This document shows, piece after piece, positions 12,920-24,595 of a stretch of DNA of 64,000 nucleotides; position 1 is the first letter of the stretch; every line of letters begins with the position of its first letter. The stretch covers positions 39,564,589 through 39,628,588 of the forward strand of contig NC_068984.1 in assembly GCF_001194135.2 (NCBI RefSeq). The letters are read 5' to 3'. Source of the stretch: Octopus bimaculoides. Lineage: Eukaryota. The notes beneath the pieces are model-generated. The model saw only the letters and a list, made by a program, of their open reading frames with translations. It searched no databases and had not been told where the DNA came from. Both the position numbers and the translations under genes were made by a program.

Positions 12920-13010
12920 TCCAACAGCTGTTTCTAAGGGCCCAGTGATCCAAAATAATGATTGTAAATTGATTCTATTGTCAGATGAGATGGGCCTTCA
13001 TCTTCAGGGA
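12920..13010 (-). ncRNA. Type I hammerhead ribozyme motif at the PLE 3' end
   Basis: tcc-CTGAAGA-tgaaggccca-(46 nt)-tgggccctta-GAAAC-AGCT-GTT-gga. Core intact, stem II 9 of 10 pairs (one G-T), palindromic stem III ACAGCTGT, 3-bp stem I. Confidence 0.7.
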
Positions 13011-13815
13011 AGAAATCTTACATTTAAGGTGTTGACAGTAAGGAGATTAAAGATGGAATGATTTTCTGGAAAGCTAAATGCATTAGAAGGGGGACTTGGG
13101 GGTGGAGGGCGGTATTCAGATAGAGAATAGTGAGAGGGGGGAATAAATTTCAAGGGACATGAGTTAATAAGGAGGCTAGTAGGGAGTTATAGTAATAGAT
13201 GTAGAAAGTAGGAAGAAGAGGGAAGGGTGGTTTAGGTAGTATGTGAATGGTAAACTTTGTGTTAGTTTCTATGAAGGCAACAGAATTGTATGAAGGCAAT
13301 AGAATTAATGGATGAGACAGTGAGAAGAGGAATGGCTATTATTAGAGGGAAATAAGTTGACCAATTCAGTGGCCGGGGGAGATATGTAGGGAGGTATGAG
13401 AGATGATAGAGGGGATGGAGTTGGTGGTCAATATAGCAGTTATTAGCGGGGCAAAGGAAATAGGCTGGTATTGGAGGGGTGGTGCCATGGTAAGCAGAGG
13501 TATATGAAATTGAATAGAGGGATGTGAATAGGGACGGGGTAGAGGTTGACAGATTAGAATCCAAAGGAGTGGGGTAGTATCAAGTACTTTAGGTAGAGAG
13601 GAGAAATAAGAGGGTAGTTAGGAAGATGGGGAGGGNNNNNNNNNNNNNNNNNGAGACTGTGAGGGAAGTGAGAAGTAGTGGTTTAGAAGGATTTGGAAAG
13701 GTATGTATGAGACAGACTGATAGCGGGGTAGTATTTGTTAAGTAGGAGGTTGCTAGACTGACATTGTCTTTGTGCAAGGTTAATTTTGAGTATGGATACT
13801 TATAATTATGGGATT

Positions 13816-13962
13816 ACATCATCATCATCATCATTGTTGTTTAACGTCCACTTTCCATGCTAGCATGGGTTGGACGATTTGACTGAGGACTAGTGAACCA
13901 GAAGGCTACACCAGGCTCCAATCTGATTTGGTAGAGTTTCTACAGCTGGATGCCCTTCCTAA
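13816..13962 (-). mobile_element. SINE family C, 3' fragment inserted in the PLE
   Basis: (cat)n...tttaacgtccactttccatgctagcatggg...gcccttcctaa. Confidence 0.8.
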
Positions 13963-14549
13963 GACGAGTAGTACTTGTGCTTAAAAAAAAAATTACCTCT
14001 GAGAATCTATTAAGGGGAAGAATGGTTAGCAATTCTTTTAAACATAATAAATGCCTAACTTGCTATAAACATACCAATGTTTGTATTGTAAGGGGAAACC
14101 TCACTTACTATGGACCAGGATAGGGTATAAGGAATATTTTGAGATTTAAGGTTGTGTATATGAGTTATTAAGGAGGTTGATAATTTAGAATTTGGATCAG
14201 AGATAGAGTTCATGTGTACATGGTAGCAGTGCTTGAAATCAACTGTGTCGTCAATATATACTCTTGCTTGATGGGAGTGTGGTGTTATAACACGGCACTT
14301 GTAGATTACATTTTTACATAGACAGAAGCCTCCAAGAGGGCATAGTTGAGAAACTCGACAATTCCAAGTTTTCTTACCTGCTCAGTGGTTGGGGTTTACT
14401 GCAAGGGAAGTTGAGCTCCATTGGTCCATTATTAGTGAGGGAGAACCTGAAGTGCAATCTGTATAAGTATTGGATTGGGAGGTGGTATTACAGCTAGTAT
14501 ATGTTGTCGTGTAGGTAAAATTGTGAGACGATAGCTTGAGTCATATATA

Positions 14550-14948
14550 TATCATCATCATCATCATCATCATCATCGTTTAACGTCTGCTTTCAATGCT
14601 AGCATGGGTTGGACGATTTGACTGAGGACTGGTGAAACCGGATGGCAACACCAGGCTCCAATCTGATTTGGCAGAGTTTCTACAGCTGGACGCCCTTCTT
14701 AACACCAACCACTCAGAGAGTGTAGTGGGTGCTTTTACACATCACCCACACAAAGGCCAGTCAGGCGATACTGGCAACGGCCACGCTCAAAATGGTGTAT
14801 TTTATGTGCCACCCGCACAAGAGCCAGTCCAAGGGCACTGGCAACGATCTCACTCGAAAATCCTACGAAGGCCAGTCAGGCGGTACTGGCAACGGCCACG
14901 TTCAAAATGGTGTATTTTATGTGCCACCCGCACAAGAGCCAGTCCAGA
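14550..14948 (-). mobile_element. SINE family C
   Basis: (cat)n tail plus internal subrepeats, including a duplication starting at 14756 and again at 14871. Confidence 0.85.
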
Positions 14949-14961
14949 TCGTAATAATTGT

Positions 14962-15145
14962 TTCTAATTTCGGCACAAGGCCAGCAATTTTGAGGGATAG
15001 GAATTGCCCATCAACTCCAATACTTGACAGTTGCATTATTTTATTAACCCCAGTGGGATGAAAGCCAAACTCAATCTTGCAGGAATTTGAACTCTGAACG
15101 TAAAGAGCTGAAACAAATACCACAAGTTATTTTTCCAGAGCTCTA
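14962..15145 (-). mobile_element. SINE family B
   Basis: tttcggcacaaggccagcaattttgagg...ggaatttgaactctgaacgtaaag. Confidence 0.75.
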
Positions 15146-15894
15146 ATGGTAAAAATATTTTCTGTTTTTTTCCACTTTATTCAACAGACTACTGATTCAT
15201 GTACAATAGAAATAAGGAAAATAAGATGCAATCAGAAACAAAAGGACTAATGAATTTGTCTAAAAATTGTCCTGGTCTTTGCTCTTTGATATTTTCAAGT
15301 TTTATAAATAAAAAAAAATGTTTTCTAAAGAAATTAAATGTTCCAGAATAAATAATTAAAGGAACTAAGTCACTCGACCTTCTGGACGTAACAGCCAATC
15401 GACTTCGAATAGCTTCTGTCTTGTGATACCTTCTGCTTGAAATAGTTTAACCTTGGAGTTATCTCCCTTACATTGATTCACTTCATAGTTAAATTATAAA
15501 GCTTTTTTTTTTTTTGCAACAAGTGTCTTATAAAGTTAAAAATATAAATAAATTCTTGAAAATTATTCCTTTATAGAAAAAAAAAATGTGACAGCTATGT
15601 TTGAAAAAGTAGCAAAAGCTACTGCTATGAAATATAACAAAAATTGATTTGTTACTGATCGCTGCTTGGTTAAATTTTTAAGTTACCGACCAGATGAGGT
15701 TTTGATTTGCAGAAGGCAGACCCTTAATGAATTCCAAATGTTGACCAGGCTATCTTTTGTTGTTTCTTTTTTGTCTTGTTGTTTTGTTTTTGTTTTCCTA
15801 ATTTGTGTGATATAAATATAATACAGTACTGGTGTTGTAACATTAAGTTACAATTCTTTGATGGAATACTTGCATTTATACTGATCTGTAAATT

Positions 15895-16107
15895 CTTTTC
15901 TACTCTAGGCACAAGGCCCGAAATTTTGGGGGAGGGGGCCAGTCGATTAGATCTACCCCAGTACGCAACTGGTACTTAATTTATCGACCCCAAAAGGATG
16001 AAAGGCAAACTCAACCTCAGCGAAATTTGAACTCAGAACGTAAAGACAGACGAAATACCACTACGCATTTTACCTGGCATGCTAAGGCTTCTGCCAGCTT
16101 GCTGCCC
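15895..16107 (-). mobile_element. SINE family B with 13-bp TSD
   Basis: Full family B sequence flanked by tgatctgtaaatt at 15882-15894 and 16113-16125. Confidence 0.9.
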
Positions 16108-16549
16108 TATATTGATCTGTAAATTAAAAGCCCAAAATTGGTATTTATAATTATAGCTCCTCACTATCTAAAGATTAAAGAAAGATATGACCCACATGCA
16201 TCTGTATTCATTATAGATTGTTTTTGAAAATGTATACCATCTGGAGTTTAACAACAGAAATAGTCTACTCACTTTGATGTTAAGAAGATAAATATCTTAA
16301 AGTAAAGCATATTTACAGATTAGAATTCATTATAACTCTTTTCTTTAAACTTAATTCTAAGTGTTGTTTCAGATTTACTCTCTGAGTATAAATAATGGAA
16401 GCAATGAGATCATGTGGATACAACCAGGTTTGATTACATGAGTAGGCTGTTGTTTACCCATAAATATATCAATGTGTTGGCAAAATTTTATCCAACTCCT
16501 ATTACAATGATGGAAGCATCCTTCTGTAATGTATTATTACTCAAATGAT

Positions 16550-16903
16550 GATCTATATTTAAGAGATGAAGAATTATTTACATTATTTACATTTGATGGA
16601 TATTTGTCTTCATCTTATTTGTTGTTAACACAATGCTTCGGCTGATATACCCTCCAGCCTTCATCAGGTGTCTTGGGGAAATTTCGAACCTGGGTTCTCA
16701 TTCCTAAGGTATTCTTCAATGTTATTATTATTATTATTCATGCCACAGGCATATGCCGTAGTGATTAAGAGTATGGGCTACTAACCCCAAGATTCTGAGT
16801 TCAATTCCAGGCAGTGACCTGAATAATAATAATAATAATAACATTGAAGAATACTTTAGGAATGAAAACCCAGGTTCAAAATTTCTGATAAATGTAAATA
16901 ATG
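16550..16903. mobile_element. Inverted composite of a tRNA-headed non-autonomous retroelement with a PLE-like, hammerhead-bearing tail
   Basis: Minus-strand tail at 16550-16735; plus-strand tRNA-like head at about 16750-16820 followed by (aat)n and a partial tail. Inverted repeat 16680-16735 versus 16822-16885. TSD tactcaaatgat at 16538-16549 and 16904-16915. Confidence 0.75.
16625..16672 (-). ncRNA. Type I hammerhead ribozyme motif, core-mutated copy
   Basis: gacac-CTGATGA-A-GGCTG-gagggtatat-CAGCC-GAAGC-ATT-gtgtt. Perfect 5-bp stem II and 5-bp stem I (gacac/gtgtt, one G-T); GAAA is changed to GAAG. Confidence 0.65.
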
Positions 16904-18194
16904 TACTCAAATGATATTTTATAACTTTTGTCTTTTCATCTTGAAGGCTTAGCCTCTTATTTATCATTTAAAGATATTAAACTTCATTAGCTTTGAAATA
17001 CTCCCATATATATTCCTAATATGGTATGGTTTGTCTTTTCTTCAGTTAATTTCACGCATAATAATACTTAACTTACAAAGTTCTCAACAACTATTTTCTA
17101 CTTAAGTTTTATCTTCTTTTGCCATCATTACAATTAACATGATTCCTCTTTAGAACTACCAAGGGAACCCCTATACAGTTACTTGCTTGCAGACACACAC
17201 CAGGCAGACAAACACATGACTCACTAACCCTCTTGTGACTTATGAAAAATGCATATTTTTTTATAATATTTATTAGAAGGATGTTTTCGAGGGTGTGGAT
17301 TGCAATTATGTGGATAAAATTTGTATATATATTATTCTAACAATCAAATCTACTGCAAACTGAACCCTACCCTGTTGTCTTTTAAAAGATGAAAAGTCAG
17401 ATTAGATAATGTAGTCTGAATTAAACAGTGTATGAAAGATGGAATAGTCATGCTGGAACATTTTTGATCATAAGTATTGCTTAATTACGGCTAATCCAGA
17501 GCTCACTACCAACAGCAACAACCACGAAAGCGCCATTCTAGTATCTTTTTGCACATTAGTGTTTTTTGTATGATAATTGCTTGATTCTTACAAATATACG
17601 CTTATTCATACTTAAAACTCAGAGGACAAAAAATTAAGATGCAAGTTCACTGACTTAACAGTGAAGTCAGACAATCTCCAATGAACATGACTTATTTGGT
17701 TTTCAGGCCAAGTAATACTTTATGACATATGGTTGTAATAATGGCTGCTTAAAAACTTTGGGGAAATATTCCAGTTTACAGAACTACCTATGCAAATATA
17801 GCGAACATTGGTGTAAAATTATTTTGCTTAAGATACAACAGAACACTTTATTGGGGAAATCATTAAATTTGTATGTCTTCCTTGTAATTCAAAACCTATT
17901 TATGCTGAAATGCTACATTATTGATAATTATTTATTTATATTATTGTCTATATAAATAGAGACAAGCCTCAAATTTGGGGATGAGTATGGCTAGTAACAT
18001 GGGCACAGTTACATGACAAGTCTTTATTTCATCTACTTTGAAATGATAAACAGCTGGTGGGATATGAATTCAAATTATAAATAGTTTTAAAGTGAAAAGC
18101 ATTTTGTTCAACATTCAATTAACATAATTTATAGTGTTAAACTCAAAGATAGAAGAAACAATGGTATGTTATTTAATATTCCTTTCTACAACAG

Positions 18195-18605
18195 ACATCA
18201 GGCCTGACATTTTGGGGCAAGGGGTAAATTGATTATATTTAATCCAATGCTTGACTAGAACTTATTCTATTGACTACAAAAGAATGAAAGGAAAAACTGA
18301 CCTTGGTGGAATTTGAACTGAGAACATGGATGAGATGCTGCAATGCATTTTGTCCAGCATGCTAACAATTCTACAAGCTCGCTACCTTAATAATGCTTTC
18401 TCCTAAAGGTACAAGGCCTGAAATTTTGTGGGAGGGGGCTAGTCAGTTATCACATCCCAGTGTTTACCTAGTACTTATTTTATTGGCCCTAAAAGAATAA
18501 AAGGCAAAGTCCTTCTTAGCAGCATTTGAACTCAGAACATAAAGATAGATGAAATACTGCTAAGCATTGTGGTCTGCATGCTAATGGTTCTGCCAGCTTG
18601 CTGCT
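18195..18605 (-). mobile_element. Two adjacent, heavily CpG-decayed SINE family B copies (about 18195-18390 and 18397-18605)
   Basis: Family B blocks are recognisable, with nearly all CG replaced by TG/CA. Confidence 0.8.
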
Positions 18606-19805
18606 TCTATGTTATTTAATATTAATATTAATATGAAATTATATTTCTTCAATTTTCTGTTTTTTTGCTTTTTCTTTCATTGTCATTCATAATATTGAAG
18701 CAAACTGCTAGTATTAATAAGAAATATCATTAAATATTTAGATGGAATGATCATATAGGTTTTTCTTCAACTAATAATACCAAAATCTCTGAAGAACCTT
18801 TTGTTTTAAATAGGAAAGAAAGTAGAATATTTGTGAAAACGCTTATGATTCCCAAAATACATATTTTTTTTAATCAATGATATACACTGATGTAAATGTA
18901 TTTGTGCTTTATGTAGACAGTACAGCTATTATATAAGCAAAAATATATTTGTATTTGCATAAAGTATAAATTTGTTGGTGTATGTAAATTGTTTGACCAT
19001 ATGTAAATTAGTAACAGTGTGGACATATATAAATATGTATGTAATTATTTATTTATTCAACACCCTTTGTTATTAAAAGAATATGTAGTAATATTTTTAA
19101 AAATTTTACAAATATTGAATGATATTAGATGACATGTATATNNNNNNNNNNATATAGTTAGTGTCAGGGAAACTACTGTCAATGATAAGATTAGTTGAAA
19201 CATATTGTGTTGAATTTTTGATAATAATTATTTTCCTATCATATTCTATTAGTAATTTTTAAAATGTGATATTAGTATTTTAAAAGATAGACAAACACAC
19301 ACATATGTGTACTTATATATTCATATTTACTTTGATCAAACCTAAATTAAAGAAATATTCTATGTGAGAAACAGAATTAAAAATAGAAACAATTAGTCTG
19401 TAACAGAAGCCAAAATGGTGAAATTTATATTTTAACACTTCATTCTAGAATATATTGATAATTTAAAGAAAGGTGTTTGAAATAGTGAAATAATTTTTGC
19501 AAGATATAAGATAATGAGAATGATAATAGTATTCAGATGTAAAATTTGAAGTAAGATACAATTCATTAAGAATTGTGGCACATAAAATTGTCAACAGAAT
19601 ATATCTATTTTAAAACTGGATTGAAATTTAACAGAATGCATCAAAATCAAATGGAATATGTTAATGAAAAATTCTTCACTAAAATGTCAGTTACTACTAT
19701 CAATAAAATCCAGATGTTTTACTTTAGGTTTAAGGTCATGTAATCGATTAATTACAAAGACATAGAAAATATCCAAGGTCATTTAACCTGTGGAAATTTC
19801 CCTAG

Positions 19806-19819
19806 AAATGACGTCATTT
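19806..19819. promoter_or_regulatory. CRE/ATF-type palindrome in a small CpG-rich patch
   Basis: Perfect 14-bp palindrome aaatgacgtcattt containing TGACGTCA; 5 CpGs in 19801-19870 versus about 9 in the preceding 2.8 kb. Function not shown. Confidence 0.35.
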
Positions 19820-20073
19820 TTCTCCGATCGTTTCCCAAAATTCCGAAAGCAATACTCCCACTTCGTTTGTGGTCAATTCTTTCTACTTTTCTAACCCTTT
19901 TTTCCCACTCACACCTTTCTCTTGTTGTTTTAAAGAAATTTCTCAAAATTTCAAAGTCGTTTTTGTTAATGTTGGTTTTTTTCTTATCTTCGTAGCATTA
20001 TTTCTTCATCATATTAGATTTCCATTTTTCTTTTTATTTATCTATTTATTCGTTTATTTATTTATTTATTTAC

Positions 20074-20104
<31 letters not shown>

Positions 20105-20834
20105 TTCGTTTATTTATTTTTACGTGGGCTGAAAAACTAAGATACAATGTAGACAGAGTAAAAGTTTATTAATACATTTTATGTATAGAAAGTGAAAGAA
20201 AGAGAGTATGTTTTATGAGCAAGAGAAATTACGNNNNNNNNNNNNNNNNNNNNNNNNNNNNNNNNNNNNNNNNNNNNNNNNNNNNNNNNNNNNNNNNNNN
20301 NNNNNNNNNNNNNNNNNNNNNNNNNNNNNNNNNNNNNNNNNNNNNNNNNNNNNNNNNNNNNNNNNNNNNNNNNNNNNNNNNNNNNNNNNNNNNNNNNNNN
20401 NNNNNNNNNNNNNNNNNNNNNNNNNNNNNNNNNNNNNNNNNNNNNNNNNNNNNNNNNNNNNNNNNNNNNNNNNNNNNNNNNNNNNNNNNNNNNNNNNNNN
20501 NNNNNNNNNNNNNNNNNNNNNNNNNNNNNNNNNNNNNNNNNNNNNNNNNNNNNNNNNNNNNNNNNNNNNNNNNNNNNNNNNNNNNNNNNNNNNNNNNNNN
20601 NNNNNNNNNNNNNNNNNNNNNNNNNNNNNNNNNNNNNNNNNNNNNNNNNNNNNNNNNNNNNNNNNNNNNNNNNNNNNNNNNNNNNNNNNNNNNNNNNNNN
20701 NNNNNNNNNNNNNNNNNNNNNNNNNNNNNNNNNNNNNNNNNNNNNNNNNNNNNNNNNNNNNNNNNNNNNNNNNNNNNNNNNNNNNNNNNNNNNNNNNNNN
20801 NNNNNNNNNNNNNNNNNNNNNNNNNNNNNNNNNN

Positions 20835-20880
<46 letters not shown>

Positions 20881-21040
20881 ATACACATATATATACATGT
20901 ATACTTATATTATCTATTATACATGTATGTATGTATGTATGTATATGCCTGTAAAATGTGTGTATATATGCATATGTGTATATGTATGTGTGCGTGTATA
21001 TATGCATGTGTATATATGTGTACGTGTCTATCGATATCTC

Positions 21041-21096
<56 letters not shown>

Positions 21097-21157
21097 TGTA
21101 TGTATACACACACAAACATACATATAGATAGACAGATAGACAGACAGACAGACAGAC

Positions 21158-21210
<53 letters not shown>

Positions 21211-21308
21211 TTTGTATGTATAATACATTATATGCGTGATATGCGTATGTTGTGCATATACATGTGCATATGTGTGTGTATATATACATACATATATATA
21301 TATGGAGT

Positions 21309-21350
<42 letters not shown>

Positions 21351-21519
21351 NNNNNNNNNNCTTTTTTTCTCTCTATGAACTTAATTCATTCCTCACTTGA
21401 TTTCATAAATAAGACAATTTCCATCATTAAATATTAATTTCACCGAAGCTACTTGTAAAATATGTTAAATGTATATACAGTAATGATATAAATTTGGACA
21501 AAACTATGTATAATACAAA

Positions 21520-21546
21520 ATAATAATGATAATAATAATAATAATG

Positions 21547-21607
<61 letters not shown>
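21520..21607. repeat. (AAT)n microsatellite
   Basis: Direct reading. Confidence 0.95.
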
Positions 21608-24255
21608 GGATGATGATGGTGTTGATGTTGACGACCATGACGACAACAACGATTATGATAATTTAGTGGACGAGAAATCACATCTGACGAAGTGGTCTTA
21701 CAGTTGGGATTTCCTCGTGATATTTTCTTTCTTTCTTTCTTTCCTATGATCGATAATTGTAGTAGGAGTTCCCTACAATATTGGCCGTCGCAGTCATAAT
21801 TAATTAGAACCATGAATGGAAAAATTTTGATTAAAAGTTGCTACATAGGAGACATTTATGCACAAGCAAATACTTATTCTGAAATATTTTCTCATATCTA
21901 CTCCCACTCACTGTAACATATGTACTTCCCTCTTTATGACTTAACTTGTTTCCTATTGTCTCTATACAATTGTACAATAGCTACTTTTTGTCTGCATTGT
22001 TGCATCAACCCACGCAATTTCGACAAGAATACACACCCCATTCACCAGAGACTATTTCCACTCTTTAAAGGAAAACCCTCACATGATTCTGCTAACCAAC
22101 AATAGCCGTCATTCTCATAAGTAGATGCTATCATGAATATAGAATATGAGCGTACGAATTTATATCGATAAGCCAGCTCTTCGATTAGTAGGCAACAAGT
22201 AATTCTGCAAAAGCTGTAAAAAAAAGAAAAACTATTTACATTTTTGTTTCTAAGCTTTTTTTTTTTTTCATCTATTTCGAATAAATATTTTTTTAAAATT
22301 TTTATTTCATTTATTCTTTAACTAAACACTACAACCCATCAACTGCTGGCATAGTGATAGTTTAATTTAGAAATAATAAGAAAAGACTAAAAGAATGAGA
22401 AAATCAGAGTGAAAGAAAAATAAAACGAAATAAATGAAGTCGAGTATGTTTCTTTTTCTTGTTTACTTGTCTACACATCTATCTATCTATCTATCTATAT
22501 ATATATATATATATATNNNNNNNNNNNNNNNNNNNNNNNNNNNNNNNNNNNNNNNNNNNNNNNNNNNNNNNNNNNNNNNNNNNNNNNNNNNNNNNNNNNN
22601 NNNNNNNNNNNNNNNNNNNNNNNNNNNNNNNNNNNNNNNNNNNNNNNNNNNNNNNNNNNNNNNNNNNNNNNNNNNNNNNNNNNNNNNNNNNNNNNNNNNN
22701 NNNNNNNNNNNNNNNNNNNNNNNNNNNNNNNNNNNNNNNNNNNNNNNNNNNNNNNNNNNNNNNNNNNNNNNNNNNNNNNNNNNNNNNNNNNNNNNNNNNN
22801 NNNNNNNNNNNNNNNNNNNNNNNNNNNNNNNNNNNNNNNNNNNNNNNNNNNNNNNNNNNNNNNNNNNNNNNNNNNNNNNNNNNNNNNNNNNNNNNNNNNN
22901 NNNNNNNNNNNNNNNNNNNNNNNNNNNNNNNNNNNNNNNNNNNNNNNNNNNNNNNNNNNNNNNNNNNNNNNNNNNNNNNNNNNNNNNNNNNNNNNNNNNN
23001 NNNNNNNNNNNNNNNNNNNNNNNNNNNNNNNNNNNNNNNNNNNNNNNNNNNNNNNNNNNNNNNNNNNNNNNNNNNNNNNNNNNNNNNATATATATATGTA
23101 CATACACACACACACATACACAATGTGTGCAACGTGCGCGTATGTGCATATGTATGCATGTGTGTATGAATATAATTTTATTATATATGCTATGCATTTC
23201 TGTTTTTATACAAATATATTCTTATATAATAATCATATATACAAATGTTTCTGTATGTAGGTGCACTGCAATAGATATATGTATGAATGAGTGCATGGAA
23301 TGAGTGGGTGTATGTTTATAATAACTATTGACTGATATTATAAACTAATCATTTTGTGAAGAAGTATACGTTTCCTGTTTAAAAGTTAAAGGAGGATTAC
23401 ATATATTTACTTGTGTGTGTGTGGCATGTGTGTGCGCGCGTGCGTGTGCGTATGTGTGTATGCACATATACGCGCGCGCGCACACACACACACACACACA
23501 CATAAAGCATATCGAACGATAGACTATCCCCGTAGTATTTCAATGCTTACAGAGGAAACCCCTCTCCCGTTACTATCGTCACAGGATGTTAACAACTCGT
23601 AATATTCATAATATTATTCAGGTCTTCACCTAAAATTTATTTCTCTCAGAGGTAGAAACTTTCAGTCTTATAAGGGAGGGGAAACGAAATTAATTACTTT
23701 CATTCTTTTCTCTCGATTACTAACGGCGTAAAAGATGCGACATGGCTGTAACCGCGAATTGAAACCGGATTATAGATACGGTTTACTAGGTGCTTACTGT
23801 ATGGATTTCGTCGCATATTGTTCCCGCTTTTTCTTTTTTATTCACAATTTTTAAGACATTTATAAATCTTGCAGAAGATTTCTTTCTCAAAACAGCTTCC
23901 ACGCTTTTCCACTAATTATCTGTAAATGCAGGCAAGATTTGTTTTCTTTCCTGACAAAGTTTCTTCTCTTTATTAACCTTTAACTTTACCATATGAAGTT
24001 AAATATATATTTACTGGATTCAGTTTCCTTCGCATATGTATATGAAATATGTTCTATCTTAAAGTTCTACAGATTTTTTTCTAGGCTTGATGACATGATC
24101 AAAGCATTCCCACCTTGACTATCCAGTTCTTTCAATTCTCTTCTTTATTCTATCGTTTTGTATTTTCTGGATTATATTGTCCAATGCACACCACTTAATT
24201 TGTTTTATGAGAAATGTGATTGTTATTTCTAAAAGGTTTTTAAAAAATCATATGT

Positions 24256-24595
24256 GGAGGCGCAATGGCCCAGTGGTTAGGGCAGCGGACTCGCGGTCAT
24301 AGGATCGCGGTTTCGATTCCCAGACCGGGCGCTGTGAGTGTTTATTGAGCGAAAACACCTAAAGCTTCACGAGGCTCCGGCAGGGTATGGTGGCGAACCC
24401 TGCTTTACTCTTTCACCACAACTTTTTCTCACTCTTTCTTCCTGTTTCTGTTGTGCCTGTAATTCAAAGGGTCAGCCTTCTCACGCTGAATGTCCCCGAG
24501 AACTACGTTAAGGGTGCACGTGTCTGTGGAGTGCTCAGCCACTTGCACGTTAATTTCACGAGCAGGCTGTTCCGTTGATCGGATCAACTGGAACC
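24256..24595 (+). mobile_element. tRNA-derived SINE family D
   Basis: Head ggaggcgcaatggcccagtggttagggc (A box) ...ggtttcgattccc (B box), followed by a body also found at 27144-27519. Confidence 0.9.

Larger units (their letters stand above)
12880..14540 (-). mobile_element. Degenerate Penelope-like element: GIY-YIG endonuclease plus 3' region, interrupted by a SINE
   Basis: 14309-14202 translates VIYKCRVITPHSHQARVYIDDTVDFKHCYHVHMNS (VIYK..YIG.T..FK.RY..H type); pyrimidine-rich 3' region ends in a hammerhead motif. Confidence 0.7.

Noticed and set aside
15577-15648. Possible plus-strand last exon KKNVTAMFEKVAKATAMKYNKN* resembling a small-GTPase C-terminus
   Set aside because: No upstream G1, G3 or G4 motifs were found in the window, and the match is short and A-rich.
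16366-18880. Plus-strand exon candidates (IYSLSINNGSNEIMWIQP at about 16366, GQVILYDIWL* at 17707, WNDHIGFSS... at 18742)
   Set aside because: Acceptors are plausible, but the pieces do not join into a recognisable protein and the donors are weak.
20179-23303. Long ORFs in the ORF track here and at 32.5-34.6, 40.5-42.2, 42.9-44.6 and 47.2-48.4 kb
   Set aside because: They consist of N gaps and dinucleotide or tetranucleotide repeats (YIYI, CVCV, HTHT), not real coding sequence.
24256-24330. tRNA gene candidates (also about 16750, 29125 and the heads of SINE A and B)
   Set aside because: A and B boxes are present, but there is no complete cloverleaf and each continues into a repeated SINE body.
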